Source: Rhodoluna sp.
Lineage (GTDB): Bacteria; Actinomycetota; Actinomycetes; Actinomycetales; Microbacteriaceae
NCBI GenBank assembly: GCA_044239955.1
Contig: JBIIAL010000002.1
Length of the DNA: 64,000 nt
Reading direction: 5' to 3' (one strand)
Shown: positions 28,388-38,399 of the stretch, piece after piece
Numbering within the stretch: position 1 is the first letter of the stretch
Layout: each line of letters opens with the position of its first letter
Position numbers and translations under genes: made by a program
The notes under the pieces: model-generated
Database searches by the model: none
What the model saw: only the letters and a program-made list of their open reading frames with translations
What the model was told of the DNA's origin: nothing

Positions 28388-29130
28388 ATGTACCAATCGT
28401 CAAAATCCGACAAATCTGCTTGAACCTGCTGGTATCCGTTCGCCAACAGAAGGCTATTGATTTTTTCACGAGTGTCTGCAAAGTTGTGCTCCACGCAAAT
28501 CGCACCAAATTGATAGCTTTGGAAGTCAAAGTTTTTTAGAATCTCAAACTCGCTGCCTTCAGTGTCAATTGAAAGAAATTCGATGTATTTAGGAGCACCG
28601 TGTGACACCAGTAGATCTTGAAGTGAAATCGTCTCTACTTCGTAAGAAGAAGTAGTTCTTTTTAGTAGCCCGTGACTATTCGGTTCCGCATACTCACTAA
28701 TTGCTGATAACTCGCCTAGATAATTTTCTGAAAAGCTAATCTTCTGGCCAGAGGCCGAGTAAACACAACGAGTGTCAATTGCGCAGTTTCTATTTTTCCT
28801 AAGGGCTTGATGCCAACTTTTACTTGGCTCACAAAGAATTCCAGACCAACCAAAATGTTTTTCCAGAATATGACTGTTACTCAGTGCTGCTCCGTCTGAA
28901 GCTCCAAACTCAACAAAGAAACCAGGATTCTTGAAGCCCGTGACAGACAGGGCAAGAATGTCTTGCCCAAGTTGACTCTTGGAGTGTCGAAGAAGCTTGT
29001 TTGCCTGAGCCCTTGAGATTTCCTGACCAGACTTCCAAATTCTTTGAATCAGAGTCTTCTTGGTCTTGGAGCTTATGGAATAGCCAAGTGCTAAAAGGAC
29101 CTTGGCAGCAAGTTCTTTGATTATCGGCAC
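28372..29130 (-). CDS. FkbM-family methyltransferase
   Basis: 'SQLGQDILAL', 'FFVEFGASDGAALSNSHILE', 'GILCEPS' and 'LSIDTEGSEFEIL'. The 3' end overlaps the DNA methylase 3' end by 16 nt (convergent). Confidence 0.7.
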   Translation of the reverse strand: MPIIKELAAKVLLALGYSISSKTKKTLIQRIWKSGQEISRAQANKLLRHSKSQLGQDILALSVTGFKNPGFFVEFGASDGAALSNSHILEKHFGWSGILCEPSKSWHQALRKNRNCAIDTRCVYSASGQKISFSENYLGELSAISEYAEPNSHGLLKRTTSSYEVETISLQDLLVSHGAPKYIEFLSIDTEGSEFEILKNFDFQSYQFGAICVEHNFADTREKINSLLLANGYQQVQADLSDFDDWYIQSKN

Positions 29131-29168
29131 CAGAAGAATCTACCAGCCCCGGCTAATCAACATAGGCC

Positions 29169-30758
29169 TTAGGCCGACAGCTTCTCCTTCGGAACTCTAG
29201 AGACTAAATACACAACAACGGCGCTTAGGAGAATCAAGATCGCCGATACCGCCATTGCCATTCCGTAGTTCTGATCCCCGGGCCGAGAAATCAACCTAAA
29301 TAGCAAAGTTGGAATTGTTGCCTGCGAACCGTTAGCTAGAAAACTGCTGGCACCAAACTCCCCAATCGAGATTATTGCTGCAAAGCCAAGAGACGTTAGA
29401 AGTACACCACGAATCATTTTGGATTCGATAAATCGCCAACTCTGCCAGCTTGTTGCCCCATCTAACTGGGCTTGCTCAATTGGTTCTCTACCAATTGAAA
29501 CAAGAGCTGGATGAACCAACCGGATGACCATGGGAAGGGCGATAAGCGCTTGAGCTAGAGGAACAATTAGCCAGCTTGAGCGTAAAGGAAACCAGGAAGC
29601 ATCGAAGGAAACCAAAAAACCAAAGCCCAACACAACACTTGAAACACCAAGTGGAAGTAGAAATACAAAATCTAGGAAGCGGAATCGGGTTCGAGTAAGT
29701 AACCAGGATATGAGTGCTCCTAACACAAAAGCAATCAAAGCGGCAACGGCCATATTCCTTAATGAGTTCATGGCTGCATCAACAAAAGTGATGTTGAGAA
29801 GATCTCTTGCGCCTCGCGTTCCAAGATTCACAAAATTCTCAAAACCAAAGTTTCCACGAACATCAAAAGCTCTAACTAGCACCAGAATCAAGGGCATTGC
29901 TAATAAGCCCACCCAGATGGCAACGCTAAATACAAGAGCCAACGAATCTCTGCGGTCAACCTTTGGCCTTCGTGATCCCTCAAAAACCTGCTCGAGCCCA
30001 AAGTTGCCTTTGGCAAGTTTGGTGCCGACCAAGAACGCCAGTGCAGTAATCAGAGTCTGAACCAAGACCAAGGCGGAAGCTAGCTCAAGATCTAGTCTTT
30101 GGGTTGCGGCAAAGAAGATTGCTGTTTCAATGGTTTGGACTTGCCCGCCTCCTAGAACCAGAACAATCCCAAAAGATGTTGCTGAAAAAAGAAGAATCAA
30201 AGCCGATGCTGAGTAGATTGCTGGTTTGAGTTGAGGTAGGGAAATCAAAAGGAGTGTTCTGAGTCTTCCAGCCCCATCCAGTTCTGCGGCTGCTTCAGTG
30301 TCAGCATCCATAGTTGCCCAGACTCCACCTATGGTCTTGACGGCTATCGAGTAGTTCACAAATACGTGGGCCGCAATAATCCAATAGACCGGATCTGCCA
30401 AGAAAGTAAGCCCCAGTCCCTGGTAAAACTCGTGGACACTTCGAAACACCGTGAACCCAACGGCTACAACAATGCTTGGGAGCACAAAAGGCACTGTTAT
30501 AAGAGCCCTAACAAGTTGTTGCCCCGGAAAAGATCTTCTGTATAAGAGGTATGCGCCAGGAATCGCAATGAGTACCGTCACGACCGTCGACAAAGCCGCC
30601 TGCCAGATAGTGACCCAAACGATCTCTACGATCTTTGGCTCAATAAGTCGCGATAACCAGTCCCCGGATACTCCAAGCAAGGCAACTTGTGTGACCGGCC
30701 AGTAGAAAACTAGCCCGACAAATAATAGGGGTACCAGCCACAGTATTTTTCTAGTCAA
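29169..30758 (-). CDS. thiP: Thiamine/iron(III)-type ABC importer permease (duplicated 6-TM permease, ThiP-like)
   Basis: 529 aa, with two tandem binding-protein-dependent permease modules. Overlaps thiB by 8 nt and lies downstream of a TPP riboswitch. Confidence 0.7.
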   Translation of the reverse strand: MTRKILWLVPLLFVGLVFYWPVTQVALLGVSGDWLSRLIEPKIVEIVWVTIWQAALSTVVTVLIAIPGAYLLYRRSFPGQQLVRALITVPFVLPSIVVAVGFTVFRSVHEFYQGLGLTFLADPVYWIIAAHVFVNYSIAVKTIGGVWATMDADTEAAAELDGAGRLRTLLLISLPQLKPAIYSASALILLFSATSFGIVLVLGGGQVQTIETAIFFAATQRLDLELASALVLVQTLITALAFLVGTKLAKGNFGLEQVFEGSRRPKVDRRDSLALVFSVAIWVGLLAMPLILVLVRAFDVRGNFGFENFVNLGTRGARDLLNITFVDAAMNSLRNMAVAALIAFVLGALISWLLTRTRFRFLDFVFLLPLGVSSVVLGFGFLVSFDASWFPLRSSWLIVPLAQALIALPMVIRLVHPALVSIGREPIEQAQLDGATSWQSWRFIESKMIRGVLLTSLGFAAIISIGEFGASSFLANGSQATIPTLLFRLISRPGDQNYGMAMAVSAILILLSAVVVYLVSRVPKEKLSA

Positions 30759-31710
30759 AAATTACAGACCACTTGTCCTGCCAGCTAACTCTGTTATTTG
30801 CAATATCCAAACTTTCACCAATCGTGGATTTAGCTGGTGGCCCAAACTGCGCCCACTCGGCAGGCACAACTGCTTCGGGATTGACCGGATACACATACAT
30901 CAGTCCCGGCATAGTTGACTGAAAAGAATCAGATAGTAAAAACTCAACGAGTTCTTTTGCTCCCGCAGGATTGCTTGCACCTTGCAAGATGCCAACATAC
31001 TCAATTTGCCTGAAGCACTCATCTAGAAGCGGCACCGTTTGAGACATTCCATCTTCTCTAATCTCTGCAGCTGGCGATGAACTATAGCTAAGAACTACCG
31101 GGTAGTTTCCTTTACCTGCGGAACCAGAGAATTCCGTGAAGTAAGCCTCTTCCCAACCAGTTGCAACTTTTAAGTTGTTATCTTTTAGCTGTTGCCAGAA
31201 ACTTTCGAAACCGTCTTCCCCAAAAGCGGCAACCGTGGTTGCCAGAAAGGCAAGACCCGGGGAAGAGGTAAGGGGATTACTAACTACCGTCAGACCCTCA
31301 TAGGCGGGCAAAGTTAGATCTCTCCAGCTACTTGGTGGAGTTAGATTGTTTTCTTCAAACCAGATCTTGTCGTAATTGAAGCAAACATCCGAATAGGTAA
31401 CTTCGGAAAGAGACCCGTCAATGAGGTTGTTTTCATCGGCTATACCCCGGAAAGTGTTGTCGATTCCGAACACCACATCTCCAATAGGAGAGTCTTTGGT
31501 CAAAACAAGTCGGTTAGTGACGCTTCCTGCGTCCCCGGCTCTCACAATCTCGAGCTTGAAGCCTGACTGCTGTTCAAACTCTGCGATTGACTGATCCGAG
31601 ATAGCAAATGAGTCATGGGCCACCAGAGTCACAACTTGAGCCTGCGTGGTTGGTGCGCAGCCGGTGAGAATTAAGGCTGCGGTAACTGCGAGTAGTGCGA
31701 TTCTTTTCAT
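30751..31710 (-). CDS. thiB: Thiamine ABC importer substrate-binding lipoprotein (ThiB/TbpA-like)
   Basis: Lipobox 'LILTGCAP'. Family-1 iron/thiamine SBP-like sequence. A TPP riboswitch lies directly upstream. Confidence 0.7.
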   Translation of the reverse strand: MKRIALLAVTAALILTGCAPTTQAQVVTLVAHDSFAISDQSIAEFEQQSGFKLEIVRAGDAGSVTNRLVLTKDSPIGDVVFGIDNTFRGIADENNLIDGSLSEVTYSDVCFNYDKIWFEENNLTPPSSWRDLTLPAYEGLTVVSNPLTSSPGLAFLATTVAAFGEDGFESFWQQLKDNNLKVATGWEEAYFTEFSGSAGKGNYPVVLSYSSSPAAEIREDGMSQTVPLLDECFRQIEYVGILQGASNPAGAKELVEFLLSDSFQSTMPGLMYVYPVNPEAVVPAEWAQFGPPAKSTIGESLDIANNRVSWQDKWSVIFD

Positions 31711-31739
31711 TTCGTGCCCCTTACGTGTAACTAGTTGGG

Positions 31740-31846
31740 CACGGGATTTATGAGTGTCCTCCCTGCGCTGGCATTACCCAAGATCAGGTTCGACGGTCGA
31801 AGACTATAAAGTCTCCCTCTCAGTCTGGTTTCACCAAACTCCCGTG
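31740..31846 (-). promoter_or_regulatory. TPP (THI-box) riboswitch in the thiB leader
   Basis: The minus-strand RNA reads CACGGG...CUGAGAGGGAGAC...CGAACCUGAUCUUGGGUAAUGCCAGCGCAGGGAGG...CCCGUG. It has the conserved CUGAGA and ACCUGAUCUGGNUAAUNCCAGCGNAGGGA cores, and the P1 stem is closed by CACGGG/CCCGUG. It ends about 30 nt before the thiB ATG. Confidence 0.85.
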
Positions 31847-31937
31847 TTGTCTCTAATTCTAGAGACATTTTTGCTCGCGGTAGCTTTTTTTCCGCAGCGA
31901 CCTACCCAAGGCGGTGCTTGGGGATTAACCTTTATAC

Positions 31938-32888
31938 ATGTCACCTGAGCGCAACAAGCAACCAGCGAAAGTTTCCTATACCTTCCTTGGACCAGCGGGA
32001 ACCTTCACCGAGATAGCGCTTTCTCAGATAAAGCAGGCTAAAGGCGCAAAGCAGGTTCCTGTGAACCATGTTGCTGAAGCGATTGAACTTGTGCTGTCTG
32101 GAAAAGTAACTAGAGCGGTTGTTCCAGTTGAGAACTCGATTGAGGGTGGGGTTTCAGCAACTCTTGACGCCCTGGCCGGAACAGAACTGATTCGTATCTA
32201 TGGAGAGTATCTAGTCCCAGTTACCTTCAACCTGGTAGCCAGGCCGGGAACAAAACTTTCGAGCGTAAAAACCGTAGCAACCCACCCGGTTGCTTATGCG
32301 CAAAGCAGAAAGTGGTTGCTGGATAAACTTCCAGGTCACGTGCACCTTCCAACAACATCCACTGCTTCTGCAGCTAAAGATCTTATGGAGAGCTCCTACG
32401 CGGATGCGGCAATAGCCGCGCCAACAATCACGAACCATTTCAAGCTCATTACTCTTGCCAAGAACATCGGTGAGAATAAGCAGGCACAGACCAGGTTCAT
32501 TCAAATTGGCCTTGTGGGGGATTTGTCTAAACCAACTGGAGCTGACAAGACATCGGTAATTGTTGAGCTACCGACCGATAGACCAGGATCGCTTCTTGAG
32601 ATGCTAGAGCAATTTGCCACGAGGGGTGTCAACCTAACGCGAATCGAATCACGCCCAATTGGCGACAGGCTAGGTCGTTACCGTTTCAACATCGATGCTG
32701 AAGGACACGTGTTGGATGATTCAGTCGGGGAAGCTTTGGCTGGTCTTCACAGATTCAGCCCTAAAGTCAGTTTCTTAGGGTCTTACCCCAGAGCAGACAA
32801 ACAGCAGACCGCTCCATCTGGCAATAACTCAAATGGACAATACGGTGAAGCTAAGAAGTGGCTGGAAGCCATTCGCAAAGCTCGTTAG
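31938..32888 (+). CDS. pheA: Prephenate dehydratase
   Basis: 'FLGPAGTFTE', 'PVENSIEGGV', the 'TRF' region and the ACT domain 'LTRIESRP'. Confidence 0.85.
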   Translation: MSPERNKQPAKVSYTFLGPAGTFTEIALSQIKQAKGAKQVPVNHVAEAIELVLSGKVTRAVVPVENSIEGGVSATLDALAGTELIRIYGEYLVPVTFNLVARPGTKLSSVKTVATHPVAYAQSRKWLLDKLPGHVHLPTTSTASAAKDLMESSYADAAIAAPTITNHFKLITLAKNIGENKQAQTRFIQIGLVGDLSKPTGADKTSVIVELPTDRPGSLLEMLEQFATRGVNLTRIESRPIGDRLGRYRFNIDAEGHVLDDSVGEALAGLHRFSPKVSFLGSYPRADKQQTAPSGNNSNGQYGEAKKWLEAIRKAR

Positions 32889-32935
32889 TCACGCAACCTA
32901 AACTCGCTTTGCTCCTTGCCTTGTATTCTTGAAGG

Positions 32936-34204
32936 ATGATCGACCTAAATCTCCTTAGAGAATCCCCAGATGCCGTAAAGGCATCTCAGCGTGCCAGAGG
33001 TAGACAAGAGTCACTAGTTGACCAAGCGGTCGATGCAGACACCAAGCGCCGGAAGGCGCTCGCGGAATTTGAAACCCTAAGGGCTGAACAAAACACTCAC
33101 TCAAAGCTCGTTTCCACCGCCCCTAAAGATCAAAAAGCTGAATTAGTTGCAGCCGCTCAAGACTTAGCTAGCAAAGTGAAGGCTGCTAATGAGTTAGCAA
33201 ATACTGCCTCTGAAGAGTTAGATGTGATTTTGTGGAAAATCGAAAACGTAGTTAGTGAAGGTGTTCCTTCCGGGGGCGAGAAAGACTTTTTTGTTCTGAA
33301 AGAAGTAGGAACAAAACCCTCTTTTGATTTTGAACCTAGAGACCATGTTGCCCTTGGTGAACTACTGGATGTGATCGACATTGAACGAGGCGCAAAGATC
33401 TCGGGATCTAGGTTTTATTTCCTAAAAGGCATGGGTGCGAGGCTTGAACTTGCTCTAATGAACTTGGCCTTAGATCTTGCAACCAAGGCTGGCTTTACCG
33501 CGCTGATTACCCCCACTCTTGTTAGACCTGAGATCATGGCGGGGACTGGTTTTCTTGGCGAGCACGCGGACGAAATCTATTATCTTCCGGCCGATGATCT
33601 ATACCTCACCGGAACTAGTGAGGTAGCTCTTGCTGGATATCACCGAGATGAGATTGTTGATCTAAACAACGGACCTCTTAGATATGCAGGTTGGTCAACT
33701 TGCTATAGAAGAGAAGCTGGTAGTCACGGAAAAGACACCAGAGGAATTCTCAGGGTTCACCAATTCAACAAGCTTGAAATGTTTAGCTACATCAAGCCAG
33801 AACAAGCTGAGCAAGAGCATCAAAAACTCTTGGCTTTTCAAGAACAGATGCTTCAAGCTTGCGAGCTGCCTTATCGAATAATTGATACTGCAGCCGGCGA
33901 CCTAGGTTCATCCGCAGCAAGAAAGTACGATGCAGAAGCTTGGGTACCAACTCAAAATGATTTCCGTGAGTTAACATCCACCTCAAACTGCACCACCTAT
34001 CAAGCAAGGCGCCTAAACGTTCGCTATAGAACTGAAGATGGCAAGACAGCCATCGCTGCAACCTTAAATGGAACCCTTGCCACAACCCGGTGGCTAGTCG
34101 CAATCCTAGAAAATCACCAGCTCGCTGATGGTTCGGTTAAGATCCCTGCCGCTTTGAGGCCATACCTTGGTGGAGAAGAACTAATCCTTCCCAAGAACGC
34201 ATAA
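32936..34204 (+). CDS. serS: Seryl-tRNA synthetase
   Basis: N-terminal coiled-coil arm and class II motifs ('FYFLKG', 'LTGTSEVAL', '[11 protein letters not shown]', '[10 protein letters not shown]'). Confidence 0.9.
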   Translation: MIDLNLLRESPDAVKASQRARGRQESLVDQAVDADTKRRKALAEFETLRAEQNTHSKLVSTAPKDQKAELVAAAQDLASKVKAANELANTASEELDVILWKIENVVSEGVPSGGEKDFFVLKEVGTKPSFDFEPRDHVALGELLDVIDIERGAKISGSRFYFLKGMGARLELALMNLALDLATKAGFTALITPTLVRPEIMAGTGFLGEHADEIYYLPADDLYLTGTSEVALAGYHRDEIVDLNNGPLRYAGWSTCYRREAGSHGKDTRGILRVHQFNKLEMFSYIKPEQAEQEHQKLLAFQEQMLQACELPYRIIDTAAGDLGSSAARKYDAEAWVPTQNDFRELTSTSNCTTYQARRLNVRYRTEDGKTAIAATLNGTLATTRWLVAILENHQLADGSVKIPAALRPYLGGEELILPKNA

Positions 34205-34227
34205 TAGAACTCAACAACGAATCCAAC

Positions 34228-35073
34228 ATGCCAAATCTTTCCCCAAGTGACCGATGGCTAATCGGTCTAGACATTGACGGGACACTAGTTCATGACGATG
34301 GGTATCTATCTCCAGAGGTTGCCAAAGAGGTAAGTCGGGTCAAGGACCTAGGCCATGAAGTCATTGTTGCAACTGGCCGCTCCGCTCCAAACGCCGTCCC
34401 AGTAGTTAGAGATCTTGGGATTAAACAAGGCTTCGTCGTAAGTTCAAATGGAGCAGTGACAGTAGAGCTAGATAACCTGCACCCAAGAGGATTCAAGATA
34501 GCCGACGTGATTACCTTTGAACCCGCGGAAGTGCTGACACAGCTGATTGAATATTTACCTCAGGCCCACTTCGCCGTAGAAGATGTCGATGGAAGCTACC
34601 GCTTTCATCGACCTTTTCCCTCGTATGCCCTTGGTGATCAAAACTTTGAGACACCGCTTGATGAGCTGATGCATCATCCGGTTAGCAGAGTTGTTGTGTT
34701 GTCTCCAGAGCACGACGTTGATGAATTTTTAGGACTGATTTCAAATATCGGATTGTCATCTGTAAGTTACGCCATTGGCTATACCGCTTGGTTGGATATT
34801 TCCCCACAAGGTGTCACGAAGGCAAGTGCTTTGGAAGTGCAGCGATCTCGATTAGGAATCGAAAAAAATCAGGTCCTAGTAATGGGAGATGGAAGAAATG
34901 ACATCGAGATGTTTGAGTGGGCGAAGAATTCTGGTGGACTAGCTTTTGCCATGGGTCAAGCCCCCAAGGAAGTCCAATTGGCTGCAACAGATGTGACCGC
35001 ATCAGTTACTGACGATGGGGTTGCGCAAGTCCTGGCAGGCCTCGAGGGCTTTTTGTTTTCTAGAGGGAGCTAG
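34228..35073 (+). CDS. Cof-type HAD-IIB phosphatase
   Basis: 'LIGLDIDGTLV', 'VATGR' and 'MGDGRNDIEMF'. Confidence 0.7.
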   Translation: MPNLSPSDRWLIGLDIDGTLVHDDGYLSPEVAKEVSRVKDLGHEVIVATGRSAPNAVPVVRDLGIKQGFVVSSNGAVTVELDNLHPRGFKIADVITFEPAEVLTQLIEYLPQAHFAVEDVDGSYRFHRPFPSYALGDQNFETPLDELMHHPVSRVVVLSPEHDVDEFLGLISNIGLSSVSYAIGYTAWLDISPQGVTKASALEVQRSRLGIEKNQVLVMGDGRNDIEMFEWAKNSGGLAFAMGQAPKEVQLAATDVTASVTDDGVAQVLAGLEGFLFSRGS

Positions 35074-35102
35074 TAGGAAGCAATTGCTATAAACTCCTTT
35101 AC

Positions 35103-35190
35103 GGAGGTCTGTCCGAGCGGCCGATGGAGCTGGTCTTGAAAACCAGTGAACAGCAATGTTTCGTGGGTTCGAATCCCACGGCCTCCGCCA
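35103..35190 (+). tRNA. tRNA-Ser (anticodon UGA), CCA encoded
   Basis: Acceptor stem GGAGGTC/GGCCTCC. Anticodon stem-loop CTGGT-CTTGAAA-ACCAG. Long variable arm. T-arm GTGGG-TTCGAAT-CCCAC. Discriminator G followed by CCA. Confidence 0.9.
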
Positions 35191-35279
35191 TAAAAGCTGA
35201 GAGTTTCCAGAGCTTGACCGATAAAGTTTTGCTTTTGAATAGACTGGAAACTTAGATATAGCTCGGGATGGGAAGTTAG

Positions 35280-36377
35280 TTGTCGGATAATTTACCAAAC
35301 TTCGCTTCGCGCAGAGTAATCAGACCTCCTGCGGATCCCAAGAAATTTCCACCCAGACACGGAGATCAGAAGCCACCCGCCCCAGGCAGAAAGTATTTCC
35401 GCTGGGCATTAAAGGGATTGGCGGTTGTCGCAGGAGCCGCAGTAGCGGCTGCGGGAATTTCGGCTTTCGACATTTACAACAAACTAAACCAAGACAACAT
35501 TGTTTTATCTACCGGCGCTGAAGTCGACCTCGATGGCCCAATCAATTTTTTACTCATCGGATCTGATACCCGAGACGGCCAAGGTGAAGAATATGGCGAA
35601 GGACTAGTAACCTCCGAACTAGCAGATGTGATCATCTTGCTACACATCACAAAGGACAGAGAGGACGCAACTGTAGTTTCGTTCCCAAGAGATCTATTGG
35701 TTTCCGTACCTGAATGCCCGAATCCAGAGGGAGGGGTTTTCCCCGCAATCGAACGTCAGCAAATCAACAGCACTATTTCTCGGGGCGGAGTAGCCTGCAC
35801 TCACCTTACGATTCAAAAACTTACTGGGCTGGAAATACCGTTTTTAGCAATGATTGACTTCAACGGCGTTATTGAAATGTCAAACGCTGTTGGTGGCGTA
35901 GAAGTCACCATTGATCAGGATATTTCTGATGACTACTCCCAGTTTTACATTGAAGCCGGTACTCACACCTTGAAGGGCAAAGAAGCCCTTGGATTCTTAA
36001 GAACAAGACACGGTTTCGGGGATGGCTCGGACCTTGGTCGAATCTCAAATCAACAAATGTTCCTAATGTCCCTATTCGACAAGATAAAGCAAGATGGAGT
36101 TCTCAACAACCCGATCGCCCTCTACAGTCTTGCTAGTTCGGCTGCACGAAACATGAAGCTATCCGAATCGATTACTGAACTCGACACAATGGTTACTTTG
36201 GCCGGGGCGCTCAGGCAGGTTGACACTTCGCGAATGATTTTTACTGCAGTACCGACTTATGCGCTTGAGGGTGCAGATGCAGGCCGCCTAGGCTTAGTCC
36301 CGGATGAGGCAGCTGCACTATTTGATCAAATTCAGAATGATCTGCCAGTAGTCAATAATGCAACCACTACTCCGTAG
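35280..36377 (+). CDS. LytR-CpsA-Psr (LCP) family cell-wall glycopolymer ligase
   Basis: Basic cytoplasmic N-terminus and one TM helix, then 'FLLIGSDTRDGQG', 'ADVIILLHI' and 'SFPRDL...GFLRTRHG'. TTG start. Confidence 0.8.
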   Translation: MSDNLPNFASRRVIRPPADPKKFPPRHGDQKPPAPGRKYFRWALKGLAVVAGAAVAAAGISAFDIYNKLNQDNIVLSTGAEVDLDGPINFLLIGSDTRDGQGEEYGEGLVTSELADVIILLHITKDREDATVVSFPRDLLVSVPECPNPEGGVFPAIERQQINSTISRGGVACTHLTIQKLTGLEIPFLAMIDFNGVIEMSNAVGGVEVTIDQDISDDYSQFYIEAGTHTLKGKEALGFLRTRHGFGDGSDLGRISNQQMFLMSLFDKIKQDGVLNNPIALYSLASSAARNMKLSESITELDTMVTLAGALRQVDTSRMIFTAVPTYALEGADAGRLGLVPDEAAALFDQIQNDLPVVNNATTTP

Positions 36378-36441
36378 AGGGTTGGCTCAACTTCTCACCA
36401 CGGGACTCGATAGTAAATTGAGCTAAACTCAATACGTTCTC

Positions 36442-36532
36442 GGAGACGTCGCATAGCCCGGTCGAGTGCGCCTCACTGCTAATGAGGTAGGGGTGTTAAA
36501 GCCCCTCGGAGGTTCAAATCCTCTCGTCTCCG
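36442..36532 (+). tRNA. tRNA-Ser (anticodon GCU), CCA not encoded
   Basis: Acceptor stem GGAGACG/CGTCTCC. Anticodon stem-loop CCTCA-CTGCTAA-TGAGG. Long variable arm. T-arm GGAGG-TTCAAAT-CCTCT. Confidence 0.9.
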
Positions 36533-36578
36533 CTCACCATCGAAGTCCCAACATTCGAAACCCCCTTAGGATTTAGAT

Positions 36579-38399
36579 GTGTTGAAAGCAATAAAACTAA
36601 GTTTTGCTTTTATGACTGTTTTTGAGAGAGCGGTCTGGATTGCAATTGTGGCCCTTCGGTCAGCTCTTGCATTGCTTGACATTGCTGGAATTATGGCAAT
36701 TGGATACCTTGCAACATCAACCGTGGCACTAATCTCTGGCGGAAGCGAAACTGGGCCAAGTTTTGAATTATTGGGGTTTTCAGTACCCGCAGTAAATATT
36801 GAAACTATCCCACTAATTGCTGGAGTAATACTTGCTCTATTCCTCAGTAAAGCAGTTCTGTCCGTGGCACTAACGAGATGGGCAGCATTCTTTGTTGCGA
36901 GTATTGAAGCAAGAGCCGCCAAGACAATATCTGAGATTAGATTCGGTGGGAATCTAATCGGTATAAGAAAATACTCTTTAGAAGAGATGATGTATGCGGT
37001 TCAAGGCGGAACAGCCAACGCTTTTGGAGGGCTCTTAAACAGCTTTAACACTCTCGTTTCCGAAGGCTTTCTATTCATTGTTGTTATCGCCATGGGCTTC
37101 TTTTTTGTGGACGCTATCGCAACCTTGGCCGCTATATTTTACTTCGGATTAATTGCTTTTATTATTCAATTCTTTATTGGGTCACTAATGAGTAGGGCTC
37201 AAGAAGTCAACTACGACAGCTCAATCAGAGTAGCTAGCTCAGTAAACAACTTAATTTCGGTGTTCAGAGAATTGTCAGTTTCGGGCAAGCGAGAAAAGTA
37301 CATCGACGACATCTACAAAGCCAAAAAAGATTTTGCTAACAGCAATGCGAAAACTTTCTATCTGGGCGGTATGCCTAGGTACATTATTGAAGCTGCTTTA
37401 CTCGTTGGGTTAGCGCTGTTTTTCTTATCTCAGCTGCTGTCGGGGGACATCTCAAGCTCAGCTGGCAAAGTCGGAATCTTTATTGCAGGTGGCTTCCGGC
37501 TCACGGCTGCTTTGCTACCTCTTCAATCTGCACTGCTTTCGATCAAGTCCGCGATTCCTGGTGCGAAGATCGCTCATGACATTCTTGCGGGGGCACCTGA
37601 GCTACTGAAGGCCGCAGCTGTTCCAGCTGATGCTAATAAGCAGAACATTGTTGTAGGCAAGCCAATCGGAGTTGTATTTGAGGACGTTTCTTTCTCGTAT
37701 CCAGATTCGTCTTCTCCTGCAATTACAAATGTGAATTTCACTGTTGAGCCTGGATCACAAACTGCTTTGATGGGAGCGTCTGGTGCAGGTAAATCCACCA
37801 TCGCAGATATTCTCTGCTTGCTTCTCACTCCTACCTCGGGACGCGTTTATCGAAACACCAACCTTTACGACAAACTGGGTGAAATTGGGGGCCGTGTCAG
37901 TTACGTTCCACAAAAACCCGGCATGGTTTCAGGCACAATTTTAGAAAACGTCGCTTTGGGAGAAGAAGTTGAAACTGTCGATCGCGAGGAAGTCATCGCA
38001 GCTCTTCAGGCAGCGCACCTTGGCAACTTGATATTGGACCTACCTCAAGGAATCGACACTCCGTTGGGTAAGTTAAAGGACAGCTTGTCCGGAGGACAAA
38101 TGCAGCGGTTAGGTCTAGCTCGGGCAATTTATTCGAAGCCGAGTTTGTTGGTGATGGATGAAGCAACCTCGGCACTCGACGCTGAGTCTGAAGCGGAAAT
38201 ACAAAAGACACTTGAAGAGATGCGGGGTCAAGTGACCGTAGTAGTTATAGCCCACCGACTGAACACGATTCAGCACGCCGACAAGGTCATATTGCTTCAA
38301 GACGGTAAAGTCCATGATGCCGGGACCTTCAAAGAGCTGATTGCACGCAATCCGTCTGTTGAAAAAGGTGTCGAGCTAATGAAGATCGAAGAAAACTAG
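36579..38399 (+). CDS. Fused TMD-NBD ABC exporter (MsbA/PglK-like), candidate glycolipid flippase/exporter
   Basis: Six-TM N-terminal half. NBD has Walker A 'GASGAGKST', signature 'LSGGQMQR' and Walker B 'LLVMDEATSALD'. First gene after tRNA-Ser(GCU). Confidence 0.8.
   Translation: MLKAIKLSFAFMTVFERAVWIAIVALRSALALLDIAGIMAIGYLATSTVALISGGSETGPSFELLGFSVPAVNIETIPLIAGVILALFLSKAVLSVALTRWAAFFVASIEARAAKTISEIRFGGNLIGIRKYSLEEMMYAVQGGTANAFGGLLNSFNTLVSEGFLFIVVIAMGFFFVDAIATLAAIFYFGLIAFIIQFFIGSLMSRAQEVNYDSSIRVASSVNNLISVFRELSVSGKREKYIDDIYKAKKDFANSNAKTFYLGGMPRYIIEAALLVGLALFFLSQLLSGDISSSAGKVGIFIAGGFRLTAALLPLQSALLSIKSAIPGAKIAHDILAGAPELLKAAAVPADANKQNIVVGKPIGVVFEDVSFSYPDSSSPAITNVNFTVEPGSQTALMGASGAGKSTIADILCLLLTPTSGRVYRNTNLYDKLGEIGGRVSYVPQKPGMVSGTILENVALGEEVETVDREEVIAALQAAHLGNLILDLPQGIDTPLGKLKDSLSGGQMQRLGLARAIYSKPSLLVMDEATSALDAESEAEIQKTLEEMRGQVTVVVIAHRLNTIQHADKVILLQDGKVHDAGTFKELIARNPSVEKGVELMKIEEN

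Noticed and set aside
31754-31948. 64-aa plus-strand ORF upstream of pheA. I also considered it as a Phe-rich leader peptide.
   Set aside because: It overlaps the TPP riboswitch on the opposite strand. It has no run of Phe codons like a pheL-type attenuator and no RBS.
35002-35298. 98-aa minus-strand ORF.
   Set aside because: It runs antisense straight through tRNA-Ser(UGA), so it is an artefact.
36566-36922. 118-aa minus-strand ORF at the start of the ABC exporter gene.
   Set aside because: It is antisense to the TM-rich N-terminus of a 606-aa ABC exporter with complete Walker and signature motifs, and has no motifs of its own.
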